Shown here: positions 32,790 through 44,900 of the stretch, in pieces | Position numbering within the stretch: the first letter of the stretch is position 1 | Layout of the letters: each line of letters begins with the position of its first letter | Source of the DNA: Halocafeteria seosinensis | Taxonomy: Eukaryota | Direction: 5' to 3' | Length of the DNA: 52,325 nt | Assembly: GCA_001687465.1 (NCBI GenBank) | Contig: LVLI01000261.1 | Coordinates: 1-52,325 of the forward strand | Program-made: the position numbers and the translations under genes | The notes under the pieces: generated by a model | What the model saw: only the letters and a program-made list of their open reading frames with translations | Database searches by the model: none | What the model was told of the DNA's origin: nothing

Positions 32790-33716
32790 ATGGCTTCCAA
32801 GGCGCCAGAGACGGCTGGAGCTCCTCACGACGACGCCTCAGAGCGCACAAGTAGGTCTTCTTCCACCCCTGGAAGGCGTCATCAAGCTCCGTCGGCAGCC
32901 AGTGGGTCTGGTGAAATGGTCCATAAGGAGACAGAACTCGATACAACAGAAAGTGAAAATGAAGACGGCTCCGCTCCACTCCCACGTCGGACAACTAATG
33001 GGAAGACATCCAGTTCTTCATTCGTTGATCCATCCACCTCAAGAGGCTCTCCTGAAGATGATGGTGGCATGCGCACTAGAGGAGTCTCTCAGAATTCATT
33101 TCGACGTCGCCATGCCTCGGAGACGGCTGCCATGACCAAGAATCGGTCGACTAACGAACAACTTCTAGTTACGGAAGCAGGGACGAAACAAGTGCAACTC
33201 GCTGGAGGAAATGTGTACACGTACTCCAACAAAGAAGGATTTCTGAAGAAGAAGGGTCACGTGATAAAGACATGGAAGAGCCGATACTTCATTGTAGACC
33301 GGTGGCGGGTATATTATCTAACTGAACCAGATGGGAAAATGCAAGGGAGGTTCACGCTAGGTTCCAAGAGCGATGCCTGGATAGTCAATGACCCGAAAAA
33401 ACCATGCTGTTTTGCTGTTACAAGTGCTGATAGTGACAAGGAGTTCATTCTCCAAGCAAGCAGTGAACACGCAAGGCAACAGTGGGTCGCAGTGCTCAAG
33501 CATAACATCGACGAGAGAATAAAGCAATTACAAGGTACGAGGGATTAAATCATGCATCCTTTTTTGGTGTAAATACCTTGTTCTTCTTTTCCTCTTTCAT
33601 CTACAGATCCGGATGCAAAAGATCACGAAGGAAGAAGAACTACTGGATTTTATCCCAATGAGGAGTCTGATGCTTTCACCGATGCCCTGGATGAGGAACT
33701 AGAGCAGAAAACGTAA
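32790..33716 (+). CDS. PH-domain protein with disordered N-terminus and acidic C-tail (intron 33535-33606)
   Basis: KEGFLKKKGHVIKTWKSRYF..VYY...CFAVT..FILQASSEHARQQWVAVL (PH domain). Last exon DPDAKDHEGRRTTGFYPNEESDAFTDALDEELEQKT*. Confidence 0.88.
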
Positions 33717-33869
33717 CTGGGTACCGTCTAATCGTGTCTCAGTTCTTATTTAATGTAAAAAATCGTTGGAAACGACAGGCTGTCGTTCTCAGGTACAGCG
33801 TTTGGGTGATGCAGTTGCTCAGTAGGGTATATTGTATGAAACCGCAGCAATGAAGAACAGAGACTCAGT

Positions 33870-35637
33870 TCACATCTTATTGTAGGAGTCTATATTTTCC
33901 AACTTGCTAAACTGCTTCTTATCTTCGTGTTCTCTTAGTTTCCACTGCACAACCTCTTCCATCAAATCCTGTGTAAGAATAGGACGAGCTTGCCCGTATA
34001 CGTTACCCTGTATGGATATCATCATCTTGCTAATTGCTCGGCCCGAGAAGCCTTCTGTTCTGCGAGCCAAATCTTTGAGATAGTCGTCATCCACGTCTTC
34101 TACGATGATTCTAGCAGATGGTCGAGACATCATTCCAAATGGCCCCTGAGAGGCTTCTTTGCCCGCGTTGACAATGTACTGTTCGAAGTACTGACGGATC
34201 AGCTTTTCTCTAGCAGCTTGATCGGGAAGATCAAAAACCATGGCTTCGTCCACACGATCCGTTAAAGCAGTATCAAGATCACCAGGTCGATTGGTTGCCA
34301 ATACCATCATGAAACGTTTGGATGCCTCGCCTGTTCGGTACAACAGAGCATTGAGAGCATTCCGTTGATCTTCACTCATTTGGGTACGCGATCTACTTGC
34401 TAAGAACGCATCAGCCTCGTCAATGAAGAGTAGCAAGCCTCTTCTGGAGCGCTGAGACCAGTCGAACAGCTTGTGTAGCTCCGTTACAGCTTCTCGGCCC
34501 AAGGGCCCGACGTCGCCTCCGCTCATGATAGCATAGTCCATCTCTGAGCTACGAGCAAGCCTCTTAGCTACCATTGTCTTACCCGTTCCGGGTGGACCGT
34601 AAAACAGCATATGTCGATAGGGGGCTGCATTGTTTCGGGTATTCCTAGTGGATACGGCCAAGCGCTCAACACGATCGGTCACATCTTGCCGCAAAACGAC
34701 GTCGCTGAAGTCTTGTCCTTCTTCTTTGTATCCCATGGAGCGAGCAAGTTTCTTTCTTAGTGCAAAATGTTTCGTGGATCTTGAGGTCTCTCGAACCAAT
34801 GCAGGTGTCATCAAACGCCGCTCAATTAGTTTACCTGTGACACGGGCACCTTCACGGACGGAATACACACCAGCCATCAAAGCCGTCGCTCCAAACAGTG
34901 TTCGGGCTACCTTGTCCTTGTCGGTGATGAAACTTGTAAAGCCACTTCCGAATTCCGAAAATGCAGTATGTATGGCATCTGTGATCTGCTTTCGGCGCTC
35001 TTCGCCTTTTAGTTTAATTTGACGAGCAAAGATTTCTTCATTTTCACGCTGTTCTCTAATTCTGCCTTCAGCTTCCGCCATAGCGCGAGCTTTCATATTT
35101 TCCCGTTCTAAGGCTGCTCTCCGTTCATCTGTTCTTCGTCTTTCTTCCTGAATCTCTTGTTCCGTTTTCCGTCGAAGTGATTCTCGTTGCGCTTGCGCTC
35201 TGTTTTGCATTTCCACCATTTCCTCATTTCGTTTTTTCGCTTTCCGATCCTCTTCCTCAATTCGCTGCTGTTGCATTCGGTTCTTTTGTTGCTCTATCTC
35301 CTGCAAATAAACAAGATGTCGCCCATAAAGACAGAGTTTAGCCCGTGGGGACCAGATAGGGGGCCAAAAAGCCTGAGCAAAAAACTTCACTTACCATTTG
35401 CACCTCTTTATTATGGTCTATTGTTTTCCTTTGCTCCTCCCATCGTGTCTTTTCCTGCTGTACTTTCAACTGCTGAGCATCACGCTCGTATTCGGCCTTT
35501 TTCTTCTCATGTTCGGTCTGTTTAAGCTGTTGTTCTCGCTTTGACATCTCCATGAATGCCTTGGCATTCGGGTGCTTTTCCAGCTCCCGGGCATTTTTAG
35601 CCGCCCGTTCCAGGGCATCTGCGTCAAAGTTGCTCAT
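33870..35637 (-). CDS. ATAD3: ATPase family AAA domain-containing protein 3 (mitochondrial)
   Basis: FDADALERAAK.ARELEK N-terminus, coiled coil, TM, P.LVRETSR, MLFYGPPGTGKTMVAKRLA..MDYAIMSGGDVGPLG, LLFIDEADAFL, LATNRPGDLD. Confidence 0.95.
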
Positions 35638-36612
35638 TGTTTCGGCATGTATGGGGCTTTTTACTCAATAAAGACCCGCATGGGCTAGCCAACTCAAGGG
35701 GAGTATGTCCAAATAGCCTCAGAATGGTCAATTCTAGAGCACTGACTCCCCTCTGACAGCGCGCGTGAAGAAGTTCAACGAGGCAAGGAACTTCAATGAA
35801 GCACCCAGTTTGTATGGAGGCGTAGATGATCGATTCTCAGGAAGTGATTGATAGTGTGTACAATGTGGTTTGGAGCCTCCCCGCTGGACTGCGATGTCAG
35901 CAAGCACTTTCTTGTTGTTTGTTCCACAGTGGCCCAAGCAGTCGAACAATACGTGCGATGAGACTCCATTATGGGAGACGAAAGGTCTACGATAGAGACC
36001 GGACGTAGCATTCTTATCAATGAGGGCCTATATACTGAATACCTAGCTCAGCTGCATTAATCGTGACGATGCTCAATTTGCCGCCGTACGTATATAGCAA
36101 CATCGGCTGCCATCCGAATCGAATCGGACGGCAGAAGCATGGATTCCGTGGCATTAGCATTCTATGCGCAAAGCCACTTCCATAGGTTTAGCTGGTGCAG
36201 GTGCGAATGTGCATATGGTGGCGGGCCCGTATGTGCTGCTTCGCTTGTGCATCCAGGAACTGGAAACTACAAAGTTTTTCTATGATGCAATTGGATAGAT
36301 TTACTCCTTTCTAAATGAAACATATCTCAACAACTAGGGTCCTTTGACCAAAAACTGACCATTCCATTACTCACTTCAGATATAATAAGCCGAACTGCAA
36401 GCAGCCTCCAACCCACGATTCTTCCTCATGAAAGAAGCAGCAATCATATCTTTCACTTAGCTCCGAGAGCCTCGTTTGGCCTATCTAAGCGTGCGTGCGT
36501 GTTTGTTTTTAGGATACAAAAGCATACACCTCTGATAAAGGAAGGAAGGAAGCATATCCTTCGTTGTATTGTTGCTTTTGGACCCAGTGGTACAGCATAG
36601 TCAAGTAAAACA

Positions 36613-37888
36613 ATGGTAAGTGTCTTGGAAGGGTGTCTCTAGGGCTATCCGGGAGAACTGCAAAAAAGAGGTGGGTCCCTGCGCGAGGGGGACTATAGGG
36701 GAGGATGTGAAGGAGGGGTGATTCAGGAGTCTGTGGCCAAGGGGACGTCGCTCGTCCAAGGGTTTACACGGCTTATACTGGATTTATGAGACAGAATATC
36801 GCATTTTTGGTGCCTCGATCGGGTGGATTTATGGAAATATTTCAATGATGCACTTGGAAAGGGTTGCAAAACTTTCTTCAATGCGTCAAAGGGAGGGCCT
36901 AAAATGAGCCAGATTGAGTCGATCTGCACGGCCTCCGTTTCCTGTATATGATGATCCTTTGGCTGCTTCCTAGTCTTGGAATACTTTCTATACGTATTCA
37001 ATGTATGTTCTCTTGTGTGTTGTAATGCAGCCTCGTGGAGTGAAGAAACATTTGAAGCGGTATGTCTAGAGCCTTTGCCCGTCGAAGTGTATCATTGTTA
37101 TATGGTAATATTACTTGTTTCTTTGCAGTCTCAATGCGCCCAAGCATTGGATGCTTGATAAGATGGGAGGCGTATTTGCCCCCAAGCCTACCTGCGGACC
37201 CCACAAGAAGCGCGAGTGCTTGCCTATGGTGATTGTTTTAAGGAACAGGCTGAAATACGCCATGACCCGTCGGGAAACCAACCTCATTTGCATGCAAAAG
37301 CTCGTACAGGTGGATAATAAAGTACGAACTGACCTCAACTTCCCTGTTGGCTTTATGGATGTCGTGAAGATGCCCAAGTCTGGTGACTGCTTCCGCCTTC
37401 TTTACGACACAAAGGGACGCTTCGTATTGCACAACATCAGTGAAGCTGAGTCTAAGTTCAAACTTTGCAGAATCCAGCGTCAAGAGTTCAGCAAAAAAGG
37501 GATCCCTTACATTGTCACTCACGATGGACGCACCATCCGCTACCACGACCCATTGATCAAGCGCAACGACACCATCAAGCTGGATTTGGAAAACAACAAA
37601 ACCTTAGACATCATCAAATTCGAAGTCGGCAACGTTGTGATGTGCACGAACGGAAGAAATACTGGACGTGTTGGTGTAATGATCAACAAGGAACGCCATC
37701 CCGGTAGCTTTGATATTGTGCATGTACGTGATGCCGAAGGCAACGAATTTGCCACCCGGTTGAACAACGTGTTCATGATCGCCAAGGGTGACAACCCGGA
37801 AGCCGCATTGGTATCTCTTCCTCGTGGAAAGGGTATCAAAAGAGATATCTTTGAGCAACGTGACCATATCATTAGAAAAGCCAAGTAA
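36613..37888 (+). CDS. RPS4: 40S ribosomal protein S4e (exons 36613-36615, 37031-37059, 37129-37888)
   Basis: Spliced [74 protein letters not shown]. Confidence 0.97.
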
Positions 37889-38057
37889 ACTAATTTCAGT
37901 TGAACATGTTCTAACCCCTCAGGACGAAAGACTAGATCCACACGCCGCACGCAAAATTTACACATATCCTTGATTAAGAGCTTACGTGGCATCATGCACT
38001 TATATGAATTTCGTCGTAGATCTGAAGCATACAATGTTAAGCGTTTTATATATTGTC

Positions 38058-39194
38058 TCATGTGACTGGATCTACGTATTCAATATTAGCATCATCGCTA
38101 TATAGATCCTCTATTGACAGCCGCCTAACTCGCTTTTGTCCATTCCGAGTTGTTGCCGCGCTTATATTCTGCATCTGCTGTGAGAACTGAGGTATATCGG
38201 GGTTGATGTTACTCGTGGTTTCTTCCAGCTCTTCGGGACAGATTTCTCTGAACCCTGGGTTAGTATGCTCTCGACCCCGCTTGCTTAGCCCAGGCCCACG
38301 GGAAGAGGATGCGGCTGCTGCACTTGGAGAGCTTGACATCGTTTCGCTATCTTCTTGAGTTTGCTCTTCATTACTTTCTTCTTCTGCGGCCTCCTGTTCC
38401 ACCAAGTATGTCTGTATTGGTCCGCGATCCGAATGCATGTGGAGTTGGTATTCCTCCCCGTTCTCAGTTTGTCTCGTTTCTGCAGGAAAATAAATCAAGC
38501 AATTCACAATTGATGTTGCGCGGGGACACACACCATAAACACGTACCTGGTACTTCTAACGTCACCCCTGGTGGGGCGCGGACAGCAATTAGTGTATGGT
38601 CATCAAAACATGACAGCTCCCGGATATCACGATTAGTGAGCCAGCCATACGGATCCTCGGCCACTTGATTCGAGATGGTGTGCAAGTCCGTCGACGTCTT
38701 CTTGATCAAATCTGTGAGATAATTTGAGGTATCCTTAGCTTCTTCTATCTTTTGCCGTAAATGGTATTGGCTACCCTCGTCGTTCGAAGTTGATTGACTT
38801 CGGTTCCTGCCTCCTGCTTCATTCGGTAAGCCTCCACTGCATACCACATGAAATCAAGCCCACTATTCCCTCGTATTCACACTCAGTGGACCACATACTT
38901 GAGCTTAAACTTATTCTGCTGGCTCTTGGAAATCGTCCCTAAGGCTTCCAAGACACCTGTAATGTCGTAGAGGCGTCGTTTTTGGACTCCTATGCGCTGC
39001 GCTGCTTCCGAGAGGTCAATCACTTTATTGCCGTCTTCATCTTCATGGTCAGACTTTTGGAGCTCTTCCACGAACCGCTGGGCAAGAGCGCCAAGAGCGT
39101 ACGGACGCTGAGAAGCCTCGGAGGACTCTGTATGGACCTCATTGGAGCGTCGGGAGCTGCTGGAAGCACTTGTACTGCTTCGTTTGGGCGCCAT
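38058..39194 (-). CDS. E2F: E2F-family transcription factor (divergent), multi-exon
   Basis: Winged helix ALGALAQRF..VIDLSEAAQRIGVQKRRLYDITGVLEALGTISK; coiled coil/marked box YGWLTNRDIR..TLIAVRAPPGVTLEVP|..YQLHMHSDRGPIQTYLV. Confidence 0.85.
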
Positions 39195-39480
39195 TTTTCC
39201 CCCTTCCCTCTTTCTGTTATACACACAACGCCTTAATCTATTACAAAACGAGTGGGGAATAATGCATAACACACAACAATCCTATGTAGAGTGAAATATC
39301 TGAGTCTCGCGCGCGTGAAATGGGAAATCCGGAATACCGTGCAGACCGTACTCCCACTGAGAGGAGTACTCAGTCCTGCTGGGCCGACGTGCTACACACA
39401 GACTACAATAAAAAGTTTCTTCACTACCACTGCTGAAACATGGGCGTAAAGGATAGAAAGAAAGAGACAGTTATGGTATT

Positions 39481-41061
39481 TTAGCTCTTGCCCATCTTCT
39501 TCTTCATCAGGCGCTTCTCTACAGTGTGAACGATACCAACACCGATCGTTTGATGCATATCTCGAATAGCGAATCTACCTAACGGAGGATAGTCCTTATA
39601 AGACTCCACTACTACTGGACGCTGTGGAACCAGAGTTACGATGCAACAATCTCCTGTTTTGACACTACTGGGGTTCTTTTCTAGCTCTTTGTGACTGGTA
39701 CGGTCAACCCGGCTGTGGATCTTCTCAAAGCGGCAGGCTACATGCGCTGTACCTATATCGAGGACAGGCGCGTATCCGGCTGTAATTCTGTCGTGATTGT
39801 TTATCATAACAGTTGCTTCAAAACTAATTGCTTCTTGTGCGGGGTCCTCTTTGGCGTTGGATGCTACACTGCCTCGCTCAATGTCCTTTGTGACGTTCTT
39901 GGTATTGAACCCGACAATATCTCCCGGTGTTCCTTGGTCCACTGTCTCTCCATGAATCTCGACGCTCTTGCATTCACCGCATTTCCCACTCGGTCCAAAA
40001 CAAATGTTCATACCTGGTTTAATGATACCTGTTTCAACTCGGCCAACATGAACCGTGCCCACACCACCCAAATTGTACACGTTTTCGATAGGCAATCGTA
40101 GCGGTTTATCATGGAGACGCTTTGGCTGGCGCATCATATCTAAGCACTCTAGTAAAGTAGGGCCTTTATACCAAGGCATTTTATCTGATTTTTCAATCAT
40201 GTTTTCGCCCTGGTAGCCTGAAACGGGAACGAATCGTATTGGATTCTTCGAGCTGTCCACCTTATACCCTAGTTTGTTGAGGCACGAGGATACTTCTTCC
40301 TTAATCTCACTAAAACGAAGTTCTGAATACTCCACGCTATCCATTTTATTGACGGCCACAATTAACTGTTTCACCCCTAATGTGTGCGCTAGCAGCGCGT
40401 GTTCTCTCGTTTGTCCCTCTTTGGAAATGCCGGCTTCGAATTCACCGAGGCTGCTCGATACAACTAATAGCGCCACATCCGCTTGAGAGGTTCCCGTGAT
40501 CATATTTTTGATGAAATCTCGATGTCCCGGGGCGTCAATTATAGTATACTTGAACTTCAGCGTCTCGAATCTCCACTGAGCAATGTCAATAGTAATACCA
40601 CGCTCTCGTTCAGCCTTCTGTTTATCTAACACCCAGGCGTATTTGAAGGACGATTTCCCGAGTTGGCTTGCCTCTTTTTCGTACTTCTCCACAGTCCGCT
40701 GATCGATTCCACCACACTGCGTATTTAATTTTTTATTGTGTGATAACATTCATATAAGTGAAATATTGTTACAATGCTGTCAATTACCTTGATATACACG
40801 TACTTTAAAGATTAAATGTCCTGTTGTCGTCGATTTTCCCGAGTCCACGTCTGCACAAACACACAGTGAATCCAGCACACGATCGATGATGGCATTATAT
40901 TCCCCTCTTCATGTATGCACTTCATTCATCCACTTACGTCCAATAACAACGAGATTAAGGCGCTGTTTGCCTTCAGGAGCCCCTTCGGAGGCCCCCTTTT
41001 TCGATGCTCCTCCTCTTCCTCCTCCTGCAGCAGCAGCAGATGATGCTGCTAACGATGACAT
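39481..41061 (-). CDS. EF1A: Translation elongation factor 1-alpha, divergent, with an N-terminal Ala/Gly-rich extension (2 introns)
   Basis: Spliced [104 protein letters not shown]. Confidence 0.93.
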
Positions 41062-41259
41062 ATTTATCCCTATTTATGTATAGACATAAATAAAAAATCA
41101 ATCAGACGTGACAATCCCTTCTATTGTGCTGTATACTACGTAATCCCATCCTGTGTGTCTCTTCAAGAAAGGCCTCATTCACCTCAAATTATACAGGAAA
41201 TACACCTCTGGTTTGATTGGTACATGTCTTATTATATACTCTACACACGTGGGCAAAAA

Positions 41260-41880
41260 ATGGCGGCGTCTGAGCCATCTACTGGGAATGAAAAGGGCCC
41301 TTCGGAACTGGTGGCCTCCACGACGGATACCGGGAGACGCTGGAATATCTTCTCATTGGCCACACAAGTGGTCCTAGGCAAATGGGACCTGCTAAGGGTG
41401 GCTGTGGAAGACCGATGGGGTGGCCCGAAATCAGTGGAAACGTATAATGCCGTCTTGGATGATTTATTGGAAAACATTGTGGAGCAATGGGATAAAGGAA
41501 ATGACCTCTATACGGAATCCATTCAAGACTTCTTAGTGGATGTCTTAGAAAATGACTTCAACTGCGACGTCGAAGATGAGGAAGTGGTCATGCCCGTGTG
41601 CCAACATATTCAGAGATTATACCGACAGTGCGCTCGAGGTGATGTGGACGAAGCGACAACGCTGATGGGAGAGTTTGAAACTGTCAAGAAACAAATTCAG
41701 GGTCCTGCAAGAAAGGATCGTCCGCGCGTAAACAGTGATGCGGAGGATGAGGATGTATCCATGGGCACTCAAACGACAGCAGGAGGAGGGGAAACGACTC
41801 CCTCTCTTGAAGACGAGTCCATGCCCGGAGCATCAGGAGAACCGGATGAAGAAGGGTGGATCACCGTTACTCGGAAATAG
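41260..41880 (+). CDS. TSR2: Pre-rRNA-processing protein TSR2 homolog
   Basis: WDLLRVAVEDRWGG (WGG motif), IQDFLVDVLENDFNCDVED, acidic tail ending DEEGWITVTRK. Confidence 0.88.
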   Translation: MAASEPSTGNEKGPSELVASTTDTGRRWNIFSLATQVVLGKWDLLRVAVEDRWGGPKSVETYNAVLDDLLENIVEQWDKGNDLYTESIQDFLVDVLENDFNCDVEDEEVVMPVCQHIQRLYRQCARGDVDEATTLMGEFETVKKQIQGPARKDRPRVNSDAEDEDVSMGTQTTAGGGETTPSLEDESMPGASGEPDEEGWITVTRK

Positions 41881-41942
41881 GCTCACAGAGGTAGTTGCTA
41901 TTAGTTCGAAGGTTGCAAAACGTGGGAAAGCGCGAAATCTGG

Positions 41943-44900
41943 CTAGTGTAAATTAAGCCGTGAGACCTCTTTCCATACTTGGGTCTGATCTTCTAGGGGA
42001 GGCGCTGTAGGGCGGGGAACTTCATCATCCGGAGGCGGCGCCGTTGCAGCAGAGACTTGCTCGGTACTTGGATACATTGCCTCCGTCTTGCCGTTTCCTT
42101 GCGGTCGTTTGGCAGACTCTTCATCATAGCCGTACGTTACCGGAGTGTAAGCGTTCGTCACAGTTGGACGGATTTGCTGGCCCATATTACTCGAGTCGAT
42201 GACCGAGGATACGCGAGGGTTGCGGATACCATTCTCGCGTAAAAACGTACGAGCGTCTGAGGATCTACCGGCGTTTAAGAGACTACTGACAATAGTCACC
42301 TGTAGGTTCTCTAGTCTCGTAGATAGGTGCAGCGTTCTTTCGATATATTCGTGGCCTGGACATCACAAAAGAGTATGCTCAGAGACAAGTCGTAGAGGGA
42401 CGAGTCTGGCGGTACTCACCTAGAAGAACAGTCAAGTCTTGGGCCATTTGAGCCGACAGTTGGTATTGTCGCTGTGCTGTGGCAAGGTCCGATGAGCTAC
42501 TCTGCAAATAGCAAACAGAGGCATGCTGTTGAAAATTGAATATCCAATATATGTGAAGAATTAAAAACCTCACTTGAAACGTGCTGATCGGGTCATCGAA
42601 GTATTCCTGCGCTATCTTTGGTAGAAGCTCCTTCTCAACAATAGTTTCACAAGAATTGCTTGCAAATGCCTTCGGATCAACTTTCTTCAACTGCAATTAG
42701 CAGCTCCAAGTCATTATGTCATTAGCTTGCCGCAAAGATACACGGGGGAAAACCGAAAACATACCGAGCTTGCATAACTAAGAGCTGAAAACAATTGACC
42801 ATTGTTCCTCGCAGTGTTCATATCCCGAAGCAGAGAATTCGAATCTCCGTAAACTTCTATTAGCATTTGATCATTGAAAGCGGAAGCACCTCCCCCGGGC
42901 ATAATACTGGTGAATTCGTCCTCCTCCTTCGATTTCTTCGTCTTTGTTCCAAACATTGTCCGCTTGATGACACCATTTCGCTCCATCGCATTCACCAAGC
43001 CTAGCCATTCTGGAGAGAGTTTACCTATTTCATTTAATTTCTTAACGCCGTAAGTGCTTGTAACAAACGTCGCTAGCACGGAAAACGGACAAGAGCTAGC
43101 AATCTGTCCCAATGCCGTAGTGAAGATTTTACTCGGTTCAGAATCGGGGTTGCTCTCACGGGATAGCAGAGCGCCTTTTATCAGACGGCTAATGCAGCCT
43201 ACTAATACGGCAACAACATACTGGCTCCCTCCCATGACAGAATCGGATGTAAGCGCGGGCGAGTTCGCAGTAGCCACAGCTACACTCGACAAAGCTAAAG
43301 CAGCATCACTGAACAGCGACAGCTCATGGACTCGTTGTTCAGCAGGCGGAATGTACACTCTTTTACTATCCCGAGAGACCGCTAAATTCCCCGAAATCAT
43401 GTCACAACCGAGAAGGAACGAATCAGCCGAGTCACTGTCACTTTCAACGGACTGCATAAGCCTCGCCACAGTAAATGGATCAAATAGTCCTCCAGCTTCT
43501 TCAGGCTTCATGTTGGAGACAAACTCAGCTCCAGGAGGCAACAGTCGCCATGTTCCATCATTGTTACCAGAAGCACTGCTACAATTCACCAAAGCCAATA
43601 GTGCAGAACGGCGAACAAAAGGTGAAACATCCACCAGGAAGTGGCCAGGTGCGAGGGTTGCGAGGGCAGCACGTGTTAAGGGTCCAGAAATTTTCAATGC
43701 TTCTTTGACAAGCGGATCAGGTACCTGCGGTCAATCACACTGATCGAGTGGAAGTCAGATAGATTTACAATCGTTCGCGCTCGCTTACCTCCGAAACAGA
43801 TGGAATCTTCTCAACGATGGCCGCCATCGATTCATCACTACATATTCCGTGCACAGAATTAACATCGTGCGATACCCCACTTCCCTTGAGCACTTCCGTT
43901 AGTTTTTTACCCGAAAGTTCGGCTAATAATATCAACATCTGGGTAAGCACGTGTCGATAAATCACAGCTAACAGGCAGTCACCAAGACAGTTTTAGAATG
44001 ACGTACTTTCAGCATCGTATCAAAAGCCAACGCGGCAGTAGTAGGCAGTACGGCAGCAGACAGCTCATTAAACAGAAGCAATAATGACTCAAGTTCACCG
44101 ATGGTGATTCTACGGTTATCCTCTTGATCGAAGGCTTCGGATACGTGAGGAGCTGCTCCACCTAAACTGAATCGCAAAAACTTGGGTAGTTTCAGTGTAA
44201 GAATCAATTCAGATGCTGATTAGCGACTTACAAGCGCTGTAATTCAGCGTTTACGCGCCGTTCAGTTGTGCGAATAAATTCTCCAACACCTAAGTGCGGA
44301 TACTGATGAATAAAGTTGGAGTGGTTTAGAGAAAGCTCTTTCCAGAACTGATACGACGCATATGTGTGCGTCTGAGCGAGGCACCTGAGAATGCTTTCGG
44401 ATACCTCCTTGGGAAGTTGATCCATCGCTTCCTCCACACCCCATGCAGATGAATCAATACCCAGGGCGACCATAAGAAGTTCCATAATTGCCCGCTCGTT
44501 CCGGTGACTACCCTGGCAAATCTCGTCCGACAGAGCCAACTTTAACCATGGTTTTATGGAACCAATATCTCCTTTATTCGACATCTTATAGTGCTCGAAT
44601 GCATGCCATCTGAAATTCGTGAATTGGCACACAAAAACGTATGCCCTATAGAGAAGAGAAGAGCAGTATGAATTCTGCTTACCGTAAAATTCTGGCCCCA
44701 TACTCTGCAAAGCGTTCTTGTTCACTATAGCCGGCGGTGATGGCCAACAGTACCGCCCTGAAGAGTGTGTAACCAAACTCGTCCCGGACTTGTGGATCAA
44801 TCCTGACGTCCCCCGCTAAATAAAAAACACGGATGCCTTCCCGGAGAAGTTTAACGACATCCTGGTCCCACTGTGTTCCAGAAACCGCCTGCAGAACGAG

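Noticed and set aside
35800..36300. Possible ankyrin-repeat relic (fragments DETPLW, LAGAGANVH)
   Set aside because: Fragments are short, in different frames and broken by stops; not enough support.
36940..37030. C/D snoRNA in RPS4 intron 1 (ATGATGA at ~36948)
   Set aside because: No downstream CTGA D box before the acceptor.
39300..39330. E2F autoregulatory site upstream of the E2F gene
   Set aside because: TTTCACGCGC on the minus strand deviates from the TTTSSCGC consensus; a chance match is likely.
43054..43743. 229-aa plus-strand ORF (and similar antisense ORFs over actin, RPS4, ATAD3 and LACS)
   Set aside because: Antisense shadows of genuine genes on the opposite strand.
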